Assembly: GCA_963843145.1 (NCBI GenBank)
Contig: CAWJJC010000028.1
Coordinates: 96,001-160,000, forward strand
Source: an uncultured delta proteobacterium
Lineage (GTDB): Bacteria > Desulfobacterota > RBG-13-43-22
Direction of reading: 5' to 3'
DNA: 64,000 nucleotides
The notes beneath the pieces were generated by a model, which had not been told where the DNA came from, ran no database searches, and saw only the letters and a list, made by a program, of their open reading frames with translations. Positions 39,547 to 49,224 of this stretch are shown one piece after another. Position numbers and translations under genes: made by a program. Numbering within the stretch: position 1 is the stretch's first letter; each line of letters opens with the position of its first letter.

Positions 39547-40326
39547 ATGAAAGAAATTCCTCTCGGCAAAGAACTCTATGGCATGGTGATCGATTTAGAC
39601 CGGTGCACCGGATGTGGGGCCTGTGGCGTGGCCTGTTTCGCTGAAAATAACATCGCCTATCGAACGGATGAAACCGACAAGCTGCGAACGGGCACCTGGA
39701 TGCGGCTGTACCGCTTGAACAACGGAAAGCCCTTTCCCAAGACCCGGGTAGCCTATTTCCCCCGTCCCTGCATGCACTGCCAGAACCATACGCCCTGCGT
39801 TTCAGTCTGCCCGGTCAACGCCACTAAGATTGATGAACAAGGAGTGGTCAGCCAGATCTATCCCCGCTGCATCGGTTGCCGGTACTGTGTGGCCGCCTGC
39901 CCCTACCATGCCCGGTTGTTTCACTGGTGGGACCCGGTGTTCCCTCAGGGTATGGAAAATTACCTGAACCCGGACGTTTCCGTGGCCATGCGCGGAGTGG
40001 TCCATAAATGCACTTTCTGTCATCACCGCTATCAGCGGGCGAAAGACCGGGCCTTTATGGAAGAGCGCCGGGACCTGAAAGAGGGGGAATATAATACGGC
40101 CTGTGCCGAGGCCTGTCCCACCCAGGCTATAACCTTCGGGAATCTGCAAAATCCCGAAAGTGCGGTGGCCAGGCTGAGCAAAAGTCCCCGGGCCTTTCGC
40201 CTGTTGGAAAAACTGGGAACCCAACCCAAAGTGTATTATCTGACCTCGCAGGAGTGGATTCAGCGGCAAATTGACAACTATTTGGAGGGAGAGACCATCA
40301 AAAGGGTCTCGTCCGGGCATAACTAA
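39547..40326 (+). CDS. qrcC: Menaquinone reductase Fe-S subunit
   Basis: CTGCGACGVAC, CMHC..PCVSVCP, CIGCRYCVAACPY, KCTFC..ACAEACP. Confidence 0.9.
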   Translation: MKEIPLGKELYGMVIDLDRCTGCGACGVACFAENNIAYRTDETDKLRTGTWMRLYRLNNGKPFPKTRVAYFPRPCMHCQNHTPCVSVCPVNATKIDEQGVVSQIYPRCIGCRYCVAACPYHARLFHWWDPVFPQGMENYLNPDVSVAMRGVVHKCTFCHHRYQRAKDRAFMEERRDLKEGEYNTACAEACPTQAITFGNLQNPESAVARLSKSPRAFRLLEKLGTQPKVYYLTSQEWIQRQIDNYLEGETIKRVSSGHN

Positions 40327-40373
40327 CCGATTCGATTGCATCTTAAGGATATTCTATTAAAAGGGGTAACATA

Positions 40374-41612
40374 ATGGAGAAGACCTTGCCTGTTGATCAT
40401 GCCTTATTCCCGGAGGGGGTGGAACGGGGTTCCCTGCCAAAATTTCTGACCTGGATCTTTTTTCTTCTCCTGGTCGTGGGCTGGGGATTGGTTGGAGGCC
40501 TTCTGGTTTTGATTTTCGGGTTGAACCAGACCAATATGAACGACTATTTCGGGTTCGCCCTCTGGATCACCTTTGACCTGGCGATAATTGCTTTAGGGGC
40601 CGGGGCCTTCTTTACCGGGTTTTTGACCTATATCATCGGTAAAAAGGAACTCAAGGCCATTATCAATTTCGCCGTGATCATCGGGTTTATCTGTTATAGC
40701 GGGGCCATCCTGATACTCACCCTGGACGTGGGCCAGCCCTTACGGTCCTGGTACGGTTTCTGGCACCCCAACGTCCATTCCATGTTGACCGAAGTGATGT
40801 TCTGCATCACCCTGTATCTGGGGGTCCTGGCCATCGAATACTTGCCCTTGATCCTGGAAAACCGGGGTATCAATAAAAACCCCGGGGCCCATTATTTCGC
40901 CCATAACCTCCACCACCTGATGTTTATTTTTGCCGGGACCGGCACCTTTCTTTCGTTTTTCCACCAGGGTTCCCTGGGCGGTATGTACGGGGTCATGTTT
41001 GCCCGGCCTTTTGCCTTCCGGGAAGGGATTTTTATCTGGCCCTGGACTTTCTTCCTCTTCATCTCCTCGGCCATCGCCTCCGGCCCGGCCTTCACGGTGC
41101 TGATCACGGCCATTGTCCAAAAGGTCACCGGCCGGAAACTGGTCAAGCTGGAGGTGCTTTCTCTGATGGGCAAGATCGCCGGCAGCCTGCTGGCGGTCTA
41201 CTTGATCCTCAAGATTTTGGATACCCTCGGCTGGGCCTTTTCCATTCTGCCCAATCGGGGGATCACCTTCGGAAGCCAGTTCCATGGCCCCTACGGAATC
41301 TGGCTGATGGTGATGGAAATCGGGGTCCTGGGCATCCTTCCGGCCTGGATCCTCCTGTCCAAACGACGAAACAGTTACGGCTGGCTGGTCTTTGCCTGCC
41401 TCCTGGACTGCGCCGGGATTGTCTTTAACCGGTTTATTATGACCATCGTCACCTTGGCCATCCCGGTTATGCCTTTCGACCGGTTCGTCACCTACTGGCC
41501 CAGTTGGCAGGAGTGGGCGCCCACCTTTGCTATCCTGGCCTACGGAGGCCTGCTGATCTCCCTGTCGTACCGCTATTTGCCGATCTTTCCTCAGGAAAAA
41601 GAATTGAACTGA
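40374..41612 (+). CDS. qrcD: Menaquinone reductase NrfD/PsrC-family membrane subunit
   Basis: WITFDLAIIALGAGAF, DVGQPLR, SMLTEV, HQGSLGG; about 10 TM helices. Confidence 0.9.
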   Translation: MEKTLPVDHALFPEGVERGSLPKFLTWIFFLLLVVGWGLVGGLLVLIFGLNQTNMNDYFGFALWITFDLAIIALGAGAFFTGFLTYIIGKKELKAIINFAVIIGFICYSGAILILTLDVGQPLRSWYGFWHPNVHSMLTEVMFCITLYLGVLAIEYLPLILENRGINKNPGAHYFAHNLHHLMFIFAGTGTFLSFFHQGSLGGMYGVMFARPFAFREGIFIWPWTFFLFISSAIASGPAFTVLITAIVQKVTGRKLVKLEVLSLMGKIAGSLLAVYLILKILDTLGWAFSILPNRGITFGSQFHGPYGIWLMVMEIGVLGILPAWILLSKRRNSYGWLVFACLLDCAGIVFNRFIMTIVTLAIPVMPFDRFVTYWPSWQEWAPTFAILAYGGLLISLSYRYLPIFPQEKELN

Positions 41613-41636
41613 TCCTTATTAATAACCTTCAGGAGA

Positions 41637-41665
41637 AACGGGGGGATGGTTGCCATCCCCCCGTT
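41637..41665 (+). terminator. Hairpin after qrcD
   Basis: AACGGGGGGATGG-TTG-CCATCCCCCCGTT. Confidence 0.6.
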
Positions 41666-41714
41666 ACTATTTGGAGGGGTTGATCGTCGAATATCGAATG
41701 ACGAAGTGGTCTTT

Positions 41715-41895
41715 CGTAGGGGCGGCGACCCCGCCGCCCACCCCGGGGCCGGATTTGACCACCACCGCCGTAGCCTTGCCGGGGATGTGGAGTGCACCGT
41801 ATTCCTCACCCAGCCGGCAGGCGGGGTCGCCTGCCCTACGAAAAACGAAGACTTGGAACATTTTCGTGCTTCGCGTGACAGGGGAGTTAAATAAA
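41715..41895. repeat. GTAG REP doublet followed by a degenerate cassette site
   Basis: GTAGGGGCGGCGACCCCG..GGCGGGGTCGCCTGCCCTAC matches 9645-9770; then ACATTTTCGTGCTTCG. Confidence 0.75.
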
Positions 41896-41932
41896 TGGGG
41901 CTAACTGGGAAAAGTGAATTTGTCGATGAAAG

Positions 41933-42240
41933 CTATCTTCGTATAATATATGTCCGTTCGGGATAATATGGGTTACTTTCAATTACGGATTTTTCTCTCT
42001 GCAAAGACCGAATAACCCCTTGATGTGCCCTGGTATTAGGCGTATTGCGTAAAGATCTGGCATTTTCTTCTGCCAAACGGTAATGGGCTATCTCCGCTTC
42101 TTCCTGCGCCCGCTGAAGTTCGTTTGAAGTCCTGTTTGATTTTTCAATATTTACGGCGCCTTGGAAGTTGTTCTGGACGGGGACGTTTGAAAAAGAAACG
42201 TTGCCATTTTTATCCACAGATTTATAGTTAGTAAATTTAT
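41933..42240 (-). pseudogene. 5'-truncated DUF4124-like paralog of 44286-44822
   Basis: DKNGNVSFSN..ELQRAQEEAEI..ARSLRNTP aligns with the 44286 protein; no signal peptide or clear start. Confidence 0.6.
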
Positions 42241-42301
42241 CAAAAAAAGAAGTGATTATTCTCTTGACAGCCGGGCGGGAAAGCTTGAAAATATACCCTC
42301 A

Positions 42302-42736
42302 ATGAAGCGGGTTATATTCTTTTTGGCGGTCGGACTGAGCTTGGTTTTTCCTTTCGGAGGGCCGGTGGGGCAGGGTTATTCTTCGTCCGGTCCTTCGATT
42401 TCCATTTCGCCGGATGATTATGATGCCGGGGATTTGTCCAGAGCCCCTTCCACAGTCTACAAGGTGTTCCAGGTATTTAATACGGGAGATTCTCCGCTTT
42501 CCATTACCAAAATCAAATACACCTGAAGCATGAAGGTGGTGCGGTTCGATCCGCAGATCCAGCCCGGCGGGCAGGGAGAAATCGTCATAGGATTGGAAAC
42601 GGAGAAACTGGACGGCAAGTTCGATCGATATTTCAAAGTCCTCAGCAACGACCCCCGACGTCCTGAAATCCTCATCAAAGTGTATGGCTTCTCCTCCCCC
42701 TTCCGGTCTTCCCTGGCCCCGCCTTGTAATCTTTGA
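42302..42736 (+). CDS. DUF1573-like exported Ig-fold protein with in-frame TGA (candidate selenoprotein)
   Basis: F.VFNTGDSPLSI..T-TGA-SM..IQPGGQGEI..SNDP; the two ORFs are in the same frame, separated only by TGA 42524-42526 and AGC. Confidence 0.7.
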
Positions 42737-43346
42737 TTGTGACGGGGTATTATTCGATTCTCGGGAAGCCAACCGGGCGTTTTATAATCTCCTCTTGACC
42801 CGTTTCGGGAACCCCCCCTTATCGGAAGAAGCCTTAGATTACGTGCATATGCACACGGTGTTTGAAGCCGTCGATTTCCTTTTCCCGGCAGAAGGGGAAC
42901 GTTTGGCCGCCCATGCCTATCGACAGGATCTCGACCCGGAACCCTTCATTCGGCTCATGGTAGAAGAACCGGGGGTTAAGGAGTTCCTGACCTTTTTAAG
43001 GCCGGCGGTCAAGACCGCCATTTCCACTAACCGCACCACCACCATCAGGCAGGTCCTTTCCTTCCATGGGCTGAGCGAATGTTTCGACCTGGTGATCAGC
43101 GCCCTGGATGTATCCTGTCCTAAACCCCACCCGGAATCGCTGATTAAAATCCTTGACACCTTTCAAGTCCGGTCCGACGAGGCCGTCTATATTGGAGATT
43201 CGGTGGTCGATGCCGAGGCCGCGCAAAGGGCCGGAATTCCCTTGGTTGCCTATAAGAATCCTTGCCTGAAAGCGGACCTGCATGTGGCATCGTTCCGGGT
43301 TTTGAAGGAATGGATGGAAGAGCGGGGAGGCTGTTCCCGCGGTTAG
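42684..43346 (+). CDS. HAD-family hydrolase (phosphoglycolate phosphatase-like)
   Basis: IFDCDGVLFDS, STNR, PKPHPE, IGDSVVD. Confidence 0.9.
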   Translation: MASPPPSGLPWPRLVIFDCDGVLFDSREANRAFYNLLLTRFGNPPLSEEALDYVHMHTVFEAVDFLFPAEGERLAAHAYRQDLDPEPFIRLMVEEPGVKEFLTFLRPAVKTAISTNRTTTIRQVLSFHGLSECFDLVISALDVSCPKPHPESLIKILDTFQVRSDEAVYIGDSVVDAEAAQRAGIPLVAYKNPCLKADLHVASFRVLKEWMEERGGCSRG

Positions 43347-44034
43347 TATGTAAATAAGCCTCTATGACCTGCAAAAAGGCAATAATCAATAGATAATTGA
43401 CGATAGATAATTGACAATTGATTATTGATTATTGATATCCTGCGGTTAGGGAGTTGTCTCGCCCCTTTATTTTCATGCTTCGTGGGTGCCCCGCCGCCCA
43501 AACCAAGGCCGGAGAGGATCCCCGGCACCTTAGCCTAACCTTAGGATGTGAAGGGAACCATATCCCTCTCCCCGCCGGCCGGCGACCCCGCCGGCCCTAC
43601 TTTTAACTACGGTTATCCCCCACACCCCCACCCTCTCCCTCGTGGGGGAGAGGGAGCCAGAGGAAACAGCCCAAGCCTTTGAACTTCCCCTCCCCTGGCG
43701 GGAGGGGACTTCGGCGTGAGCCCTTCGGCAGTGAGCTCAGGGTCGAACTGCTCAGTCGAACGATAGAGGGGTGGGGGAACTACGATTTTTATGCTTCGTG
43801 GGTGCCCCGCCGCGGGGCATGGCGGTTTAGTACGAAAATAGAATCGAACACCGCTTTTTATGACTTTCCCCTAGGTAGTCATACCGGACTTGATCCGGTA
43901 TCCAGTACCTCCGGTGCTTATCCAAGGCTGGATTCCGGATCGCGCTTCGCTTGTCCGGAATGACAAATCTTGGTCAATCCTTATTTTCAAGCTTCGGGGT
44001 GCCCGCCCCAGGCATGGGGGTTTAGTATGTAAAT
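43343..44034 (+). mobile_element. Three-unit non-coding cassette array with nested REPs
   Basis: Half-site 43343-43356 (contains the HAD TAG stop); partial site 43468-43500; full sites 43785-43840 and 43982-44034. Confidence 0.7.
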
Positions 44035-44285
44035 GCAAAGTGCAAAATTAAAGATGTCTGATGTAGCACAGACGCCCTCGTCTGTGTCCCTATTCGTTTG
44101 AGGACCCACCAACAGGAAATAGGGAGCAACAAAAGCAAAGATAAAAATCCTCTCGAGTTAGGGAGGATTTTTTATTTGTGCGCCCGGCAGGGTCATACGG
44201 ATCCCAGTGCTGGCATCCTTCTTGTATTTTCTAATCCCCAGGGTTATTCAAAAATCTTAAGGATGAGTGAAGACGAGGAGGAAAA

Positions 44286-44822
44286 ATGAAACCGGGAATG
44301 GCTTGTTGCTGTCTTTTAGGTGTCTTATCTTGCTGGACACAGGGTTATCCGGAAACGATTCACCGATATACCGATAAAAACGGGGTGCTCTGTTTTTCCA
44401 ATTCCCTGACAGAGGGGAATTTTCCAAACCGGGGCCTATCAGAAAATCAAAAACCTGCTTCGGCTGAGCTGCAACGGGCGCGTGAACAAGCCGAAATCGA
44501 GTACTGGCGGGCGGTCGAGGCCAAGGCCCGCTCTTTGAGGAATACCCCTGACACCGAAGTTCACAGGAAAGGAAGACCTTCTTCACAGCTAGAGGACTTT
44601 AGTTTGCGGAAGGGCCCGTCCGGGAAAAAAACTCACAGACGGAAGACGGGGAAAATGCGTGGCTCCGTTTCTAATGACCGAAAACCTGTTCCTGATTCGG
44701 CTGAATCAAAGAAAGTTCGATCGAGGAAAACAAAGTTGCAGGCCTGGAAGAACGCACCGGAATGGGAATTTCAGAGTATGAATAGAAGCTATTTCCCGAG
44801 GAGGAACGCGGCTCTAAAGTAA
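44286..44822 (+). CDS. DUF4124-like exported protein with basic tail
   Basis: Signal-like N-terminus; IHRYTDKNGVLCFSN; SD GAGGAGG. Confidence 0.65.
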   Translation: MKPGMACCCLLGVLSCWTQGYPETIHRYTDKNGVLCFSNSLTEGNFPNRGLSENQKPASAELQRAREQAEIEYWRAVEAKARSLRNTPDTEVHRKGRPSSQLEDFSLRKGPSGKKTHRRKTGKMRGSVSNDRKPVPDSAESKKVRSRKTKLQAWKNAPEWEFQSMNRSYFPRRNAALK

Positions 44823-44825
44823 CCC

Positions 44826-45045
44826 GCTTCGGGGCACCCTCTGTGGCATGAGGGTTTAATACGTAAATAAAGTTGGACACCGCTTTTGAGGTTTTGGTTT
44901 TTGCTGTCATCCCGGACTCGATCCAGGATCCAGGCAACCCAAGACCTTCACTGCCCTGGATTCCGGCGTTCGCCGGAATGACGACCTAACCAAATGAATA
45001 AAAATTGATCTTCATGCTTCGCAGGTACCCGCTCCGGGCATAACG
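44826..45045 (+). mobile_element. Non-coding cassette with CGTC doublet cargo
   Basis: Partial site 44826-44869 ending TTAATACGTAAATA; cargo similar to 33155-33290; partial site 45008-45045. Confidence 0.65.
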
Positions 45046-45074
45046 GGCGCAGGTTACGGTAAATCGGGTTTGGA

Positions 45075-46221
45075 CTAAAAGGGATAGGACCGATTATCCG
45101 GATCGACTACCATTTTTATGGAAACATCCGGGTCTTTTTGGGGTTCGGAAACTACCTTAACCACGAGATAGGTCGTAGACCCCGGGGTCAGCTTGAAAGG
45201 GTAGGAGACCGCCTTTTTATTGAGGGTGTTGACCGGGAAAACGCTAAAGGCCAGTTGATGATTCCCCCCCTTGACCTCGGCATCAAACCAGATCTGATCG
45301 GCTCCGAACCCGCTCAATATATTATAATAGTAATCTCTAAAAGTGGCGATCTGCCTATCTTCAAAGATATACAGCTCCTGTTTGTCCAGCCAACCGGTCA
45401 AATCCTGGGGGTCACCCAGATTTAATTGCCTGAGGGTACTCGCCTGCTCTTTTTCATTGGAGGGCCGGGTGGCCTCCAAGGTCCCCAAATAGCGGCGTTC
45501 CTGTTCTCGAGGTTTTTCTAAAAGATAATTGGACAGAATAATGAGGCGGCCATAGCCGGGATTTATGGCCAACCTTTTCTCGATTTTAGGTTTGGCCAAG
45601 GCCTGTTTTATTTCTTCATCGGTCAACTTGGAACTCAAAAAGGAAAGCTGGGGGAAAGGCAGGCTTTCCGCTTCTATTTCAACCGGACTCAATGGTTGAT
45701 AAAATGGGATAAGCGTGACGTTGACCTGGAGTTGATTTTCATCGGTCTTCCGGATTTCACCGGCCACGATAAGATGGATCGGTTTTTTAAAGAGCTACCG
45801 GCACCAACTCTTGCAGTCGGCTGATCAGATAAGGCCTCATCTCACGATTTACTTGAAAAAAGTGCCCCAGGGAAAGGCGTATTTGCTCCCTCCCGTAAAT
45901 ATAGAACTGATTTTCCCGGTCCAAGGCGATCCGTAAATATGCGGACAGTTCATTCCCCACGGCGATTTCCTGCCCGGTTGGATCATGGAAATCCAGAATC
46001 ACCGTCCGGATCAGCGGCCTGGTATCATAATTATAAACCAAGTCCGCGGATTTTTCGGCCACCTGCCTCAAGATTTCCTGATAGAAAGGTTCCAGGTTCT
46101 TAAAAGCGGGTGAAGCGAAGGTGCCGGCCGATGAATCAGAGGCGAAGCCCGTTTTGAATCCGGCAGCGGTCACGGAAATTCCGATTGCGAGAATAAGTAG
46201 ATATTTAATAAAATTTTGCAT
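45075..46221 (-). CDS. Exported protein with FlgO/CsgG-like N-terminal domain, apparent frameshift ~45790
   Basis: Signal peptide; RTVILDFHD..VGNELSAYL..GREQI; continues KPIHLIVAGEIRK in the adjacent frame. Confidence 0.55.
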
Positions 46222-46256
46222 GAAAGGTCTCCGTGAAAATTAAAACCGAGTGGCCT

Positions 46257-46667
46257 TTACCGGGGATTAACCACCCGAACCAAATCCCCGACGGATATTT
46301 CCTTGGTACTGGAATCAATAATGCAAACGACTTTTCTTTTCGTCAATCTTTTCAATAATTATCCCCAGTCCGATTTTTCTGAATAATGCCTCGTTGTCCT
46401 TATTTCATTTCCCATGTCTAAGGGGTTGATAAATTTCGATTTGATCCCAGGGTTGAGCCCCATAGGCTTTTTTCAAATCGATAACGATCTTGTCATTGGA
46501 AGAGAGTAAGAGTTTTCCCGGGTTCAAAGGTTCCCGCTAATAATTCCGGACATGGAGGAAGCGGGCAATACTTCCTTTTTACTGTTTTCGGCTTGGCCCG
46601 TACAGGTAAAGATTAAACTAAATAAAAGCGGATAAAGAATATGAATCCAATGCCTATACCTGCTCAT
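46257..46667 (-). CDS. Small exported FlgT-C/TsaP-C-like protein, multiply frameshifted and absent from the ORF track
   Basis: Joined frames give MSRYRHWIHILYPLLFSLIFTCTGQA..KIVIDLKKAYG..IEIYQP..FRKIGLGIIIEKID..VVCIIDSSTKEISVGDLVRVVNPR*. Confidence 0.5.
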
Positions 46668-46685
46668 ATTTTCCCCTTTAAAAAA

Positions 46686-48642
46686 TTAACTTTCGGAAGC
46701 AAATTTTTCCTGCAGCGGCAAAATGATTTTGGGGGTAATGAATAACAATAATTCCCCATCATCCGTGCTCTTTTCCTTGGTTTTAAACAGCCAACCCAAC
46801 ACGGGGATATCTTTCAATCCGGGGACCCCTTGCTCAGTGTTTTTTCCGTACGGCTCTTAACTCCCCCGATTACCAGCGTTTCACCATCATTAATCGCCAA
46901 TTCCAGTTCGGCTTCCTGGGTGTTTATAGCAAGGTTTCCGATGACTATCTTGATTTTATCATCTGGTCAGGTCGTTATTAAGTTTCACATTCATGGTGAT
47001 TTTTTTGCCGTTTCTGGCGATATGGGGGGTAACCTCCAATCTTAGATTGGCATCGACATACACTGTGGTAAAAGCGTTATTTTGGTCGCGTGTAGTTACC
47101 GGTAGTTTAAGCCTTGTTTAATCGTCGCCTTTTTATTGTCCAGGGTTAAAATTTTGGGGGAGGATATAATTTTAACATCGCCCTGCTGTTCGAAGGCCCG
47201 CAAGCGAACATCGATATTGAGATTGGCGGAGGCAATCGTCAAACCGATCCCCGCCATTCCTGTAAAAGGGTTAAGTGAGGACCCGGATCCTATCGGAAGA
47301 TTTACGGCGTTATTCCCGGTATCGGAACTGAATCCTCTCAGCGTTCCCGCCAGGGGACCATAGGGGTTTGAATAACTGGTGCCGCCCCCCCATTGCAGTC
47401 CAAAATCACGGGCAAAACTGGAACTGGCTTCAACAATCCTCGCTTCGATCATCACCTGCGGGGTAGGCTGGTCGTTGGCTTTGATTAATTTTTCTATTTG
47501 ATCGATATCTATTCTGTTCGAGCGGATAAAAATGGAGTTGGTTTGTTTCAGGGCCGCACAGATGCCTTTTCCCAATTTAGTCGCACCAGTGGTTGCTGGA
47601 CCGGCGGCTTCGTTTTTACCCGGACTGTCCGGTTCTTTCCCCCCGCCCCAGATCGCATCGATTATCTTTTTCATTTCCTCCGCTGCAATATAATTCAGCT
47701 TTATAGTTTTGGTCAGCAGGGGAAGCCGGCCCTCCTGGACTTTCTGGAGCGCGTCTTCGGTTTTTAACAATTCCTGTTCGGTTTTTAACTAGGTCCTGCT
47801 GTTCCTTGACCACGCTCTGGCTTTCTTTCCGCCGGATGGTTTCGACCTCTACATAATCCTTCACGAGTGGAGATCCGAATGTTTTTCCCGTCGGTTATTT
47901 TTATCAGCCGGTTGGAATTCAAGATCATGTCTAAAGCCTGATCCCAGGGGATGCCTTTTAGACTGACGGTCACTTTTCCCTTTACTTCTTCACCGACGAT
48001 GATATTGACGTGTCCCACTTCCCCCAGCAGGCGGAGGACGTTGTGCAGGTCGGCGTTGTAGAAATCAAAGGTGACCCGCGGGGTAAGGACGGGCGCCGGG
48101 GGTTGCAGGGATTTTTCCTGTTCCTGTTTGAAGTCGTTTAAGTTGAGCACTTCTTTGGGCGGAGAGGAAGGATTGTTAGAACCCACCAGCGGAGCGGTTT
48201 TCTTTTTGGAAGCCGTCGCCAGATCCACTTGCCAGATCAAGGAGGAGTCCTTGGAGGGATACACTTTAAACGAAGGCCTTTCGGACACGATCAATACGAT
48301 CCGGGTGGTAGAGGCATTGAATTGGGAGACGCGTAAATCCGAAACCAGGGGGTCATCCGAAATGGTCGGCGCCTTTTTAAGACCCAGGCGGCAGGGAGAT
48401 AAATACAGCACCAACCTTTGGGGTTCTTCCGGAATAAAGACGGTCCGGATTTTAATCGGTTTGGTGACCTTTAATTGCAGTCGTAATAGATCGGGGGTTC
48501 GGTTGGACTGAATATTCACTAAGTTGGCCTGGGGTTTATTCGCCCCCTTGGCCCAGGAAGAAGGGCTGAAAGACCCCAGGGTCATCAGGATTAAACCCAT
48601 CCAGACCAGTATCCCGGTTTTCGATCTTAATTTAGGTGTCAT
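46686..48642 (-). CDS. pilQ: Type IV pilus secretin, split by several apparent frameshifts
   Basis: AMIN-like domain; [13 protein letters not shown]; [12 protein letters not shown]; [14 protein letters not shown]; [15 protein letters not shown]; [10 protein letters not shown]. Confidence 0.88.
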
Positions 48643-48708
48643 TGGCTCCTCACCGAATGATTGGAGTTCCGTTCAAATGAAAATAGGTTAGCAACTTAAT
48701 GTAAGCAC

Positions 48709-49224
48709 CTAAGGGGCCAGGGGCATTTTTAAAGGTACGGTTCGGAGCTTTTCCCGGCCCAAATAGTCTTTAATTGTTTCTTTTATCAGAATTTCCCGAT
48801 TCGCAATAGCCACCACCCGCCCCTGGTTTTTGCCGATGGGAGTCCCCACCTTGATAAGGTACCCTTTTCCAAAGGGATCCTGGACCATAGCCTTTTTTTC
48901 ACCTGGACCGATGACAGTTGAAACCAACTGAAATTCACTTACTTCAAACTTTTGCAGCGGAAGTTGTTGTTTGGCCTGTTGGGGCTGCTCCAGCACCGGT
49001 GGCTGAAAAGGGTCCGGCTTTCCGCTGGGGTCGTAGTACGGTTCAGTTTTGGGCGGCAAAGTCGAGGGACCGGCCGACGGCGGCAGGGCCATTTGAGGGG
49101 TTAAGGTTTTTCCCAAGGTCAGGGGTGTTAGCTTTTGAGCGATCGGCCCTTCCCCGGACGAACCGCACCCGTAAGCGGCCAGGATACAAACACCTATCCA
49201 AAAATATTTGAATTTTTGGATCAT
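48709..49224 (-). CDS. pilP: Type IV pilus lipoprotein
   Basis: Lipobox AYGC; YDPSGKPDPF; PLQKFEVSEFQLV; IGKNQGRV. Confidence 0.9.
   Translation of the reverse strand: MIQKFKYFWIGVCILAAYGCGSSGEGPIAQKLTPLTLGKTLTPQMALPPSAGPSTLPPKTEPYYDPSGKPDPFQPPVLEQPQQAKQQLPLQKFEVSEFQLVSTVIGPGEKKAMVQDPFGKGYLIKVGTPIGKNQGRVVAIANREILIKETIKDYLGREKLRTVPLKMPLAP

Noticed and set aside
43343-45045. Canonical integron or attC cluster
   Set aside because: No integrase, no consistent RYYYAAC..GTTRRRY boxes, and cargos are non-coding; kept only as an analogy
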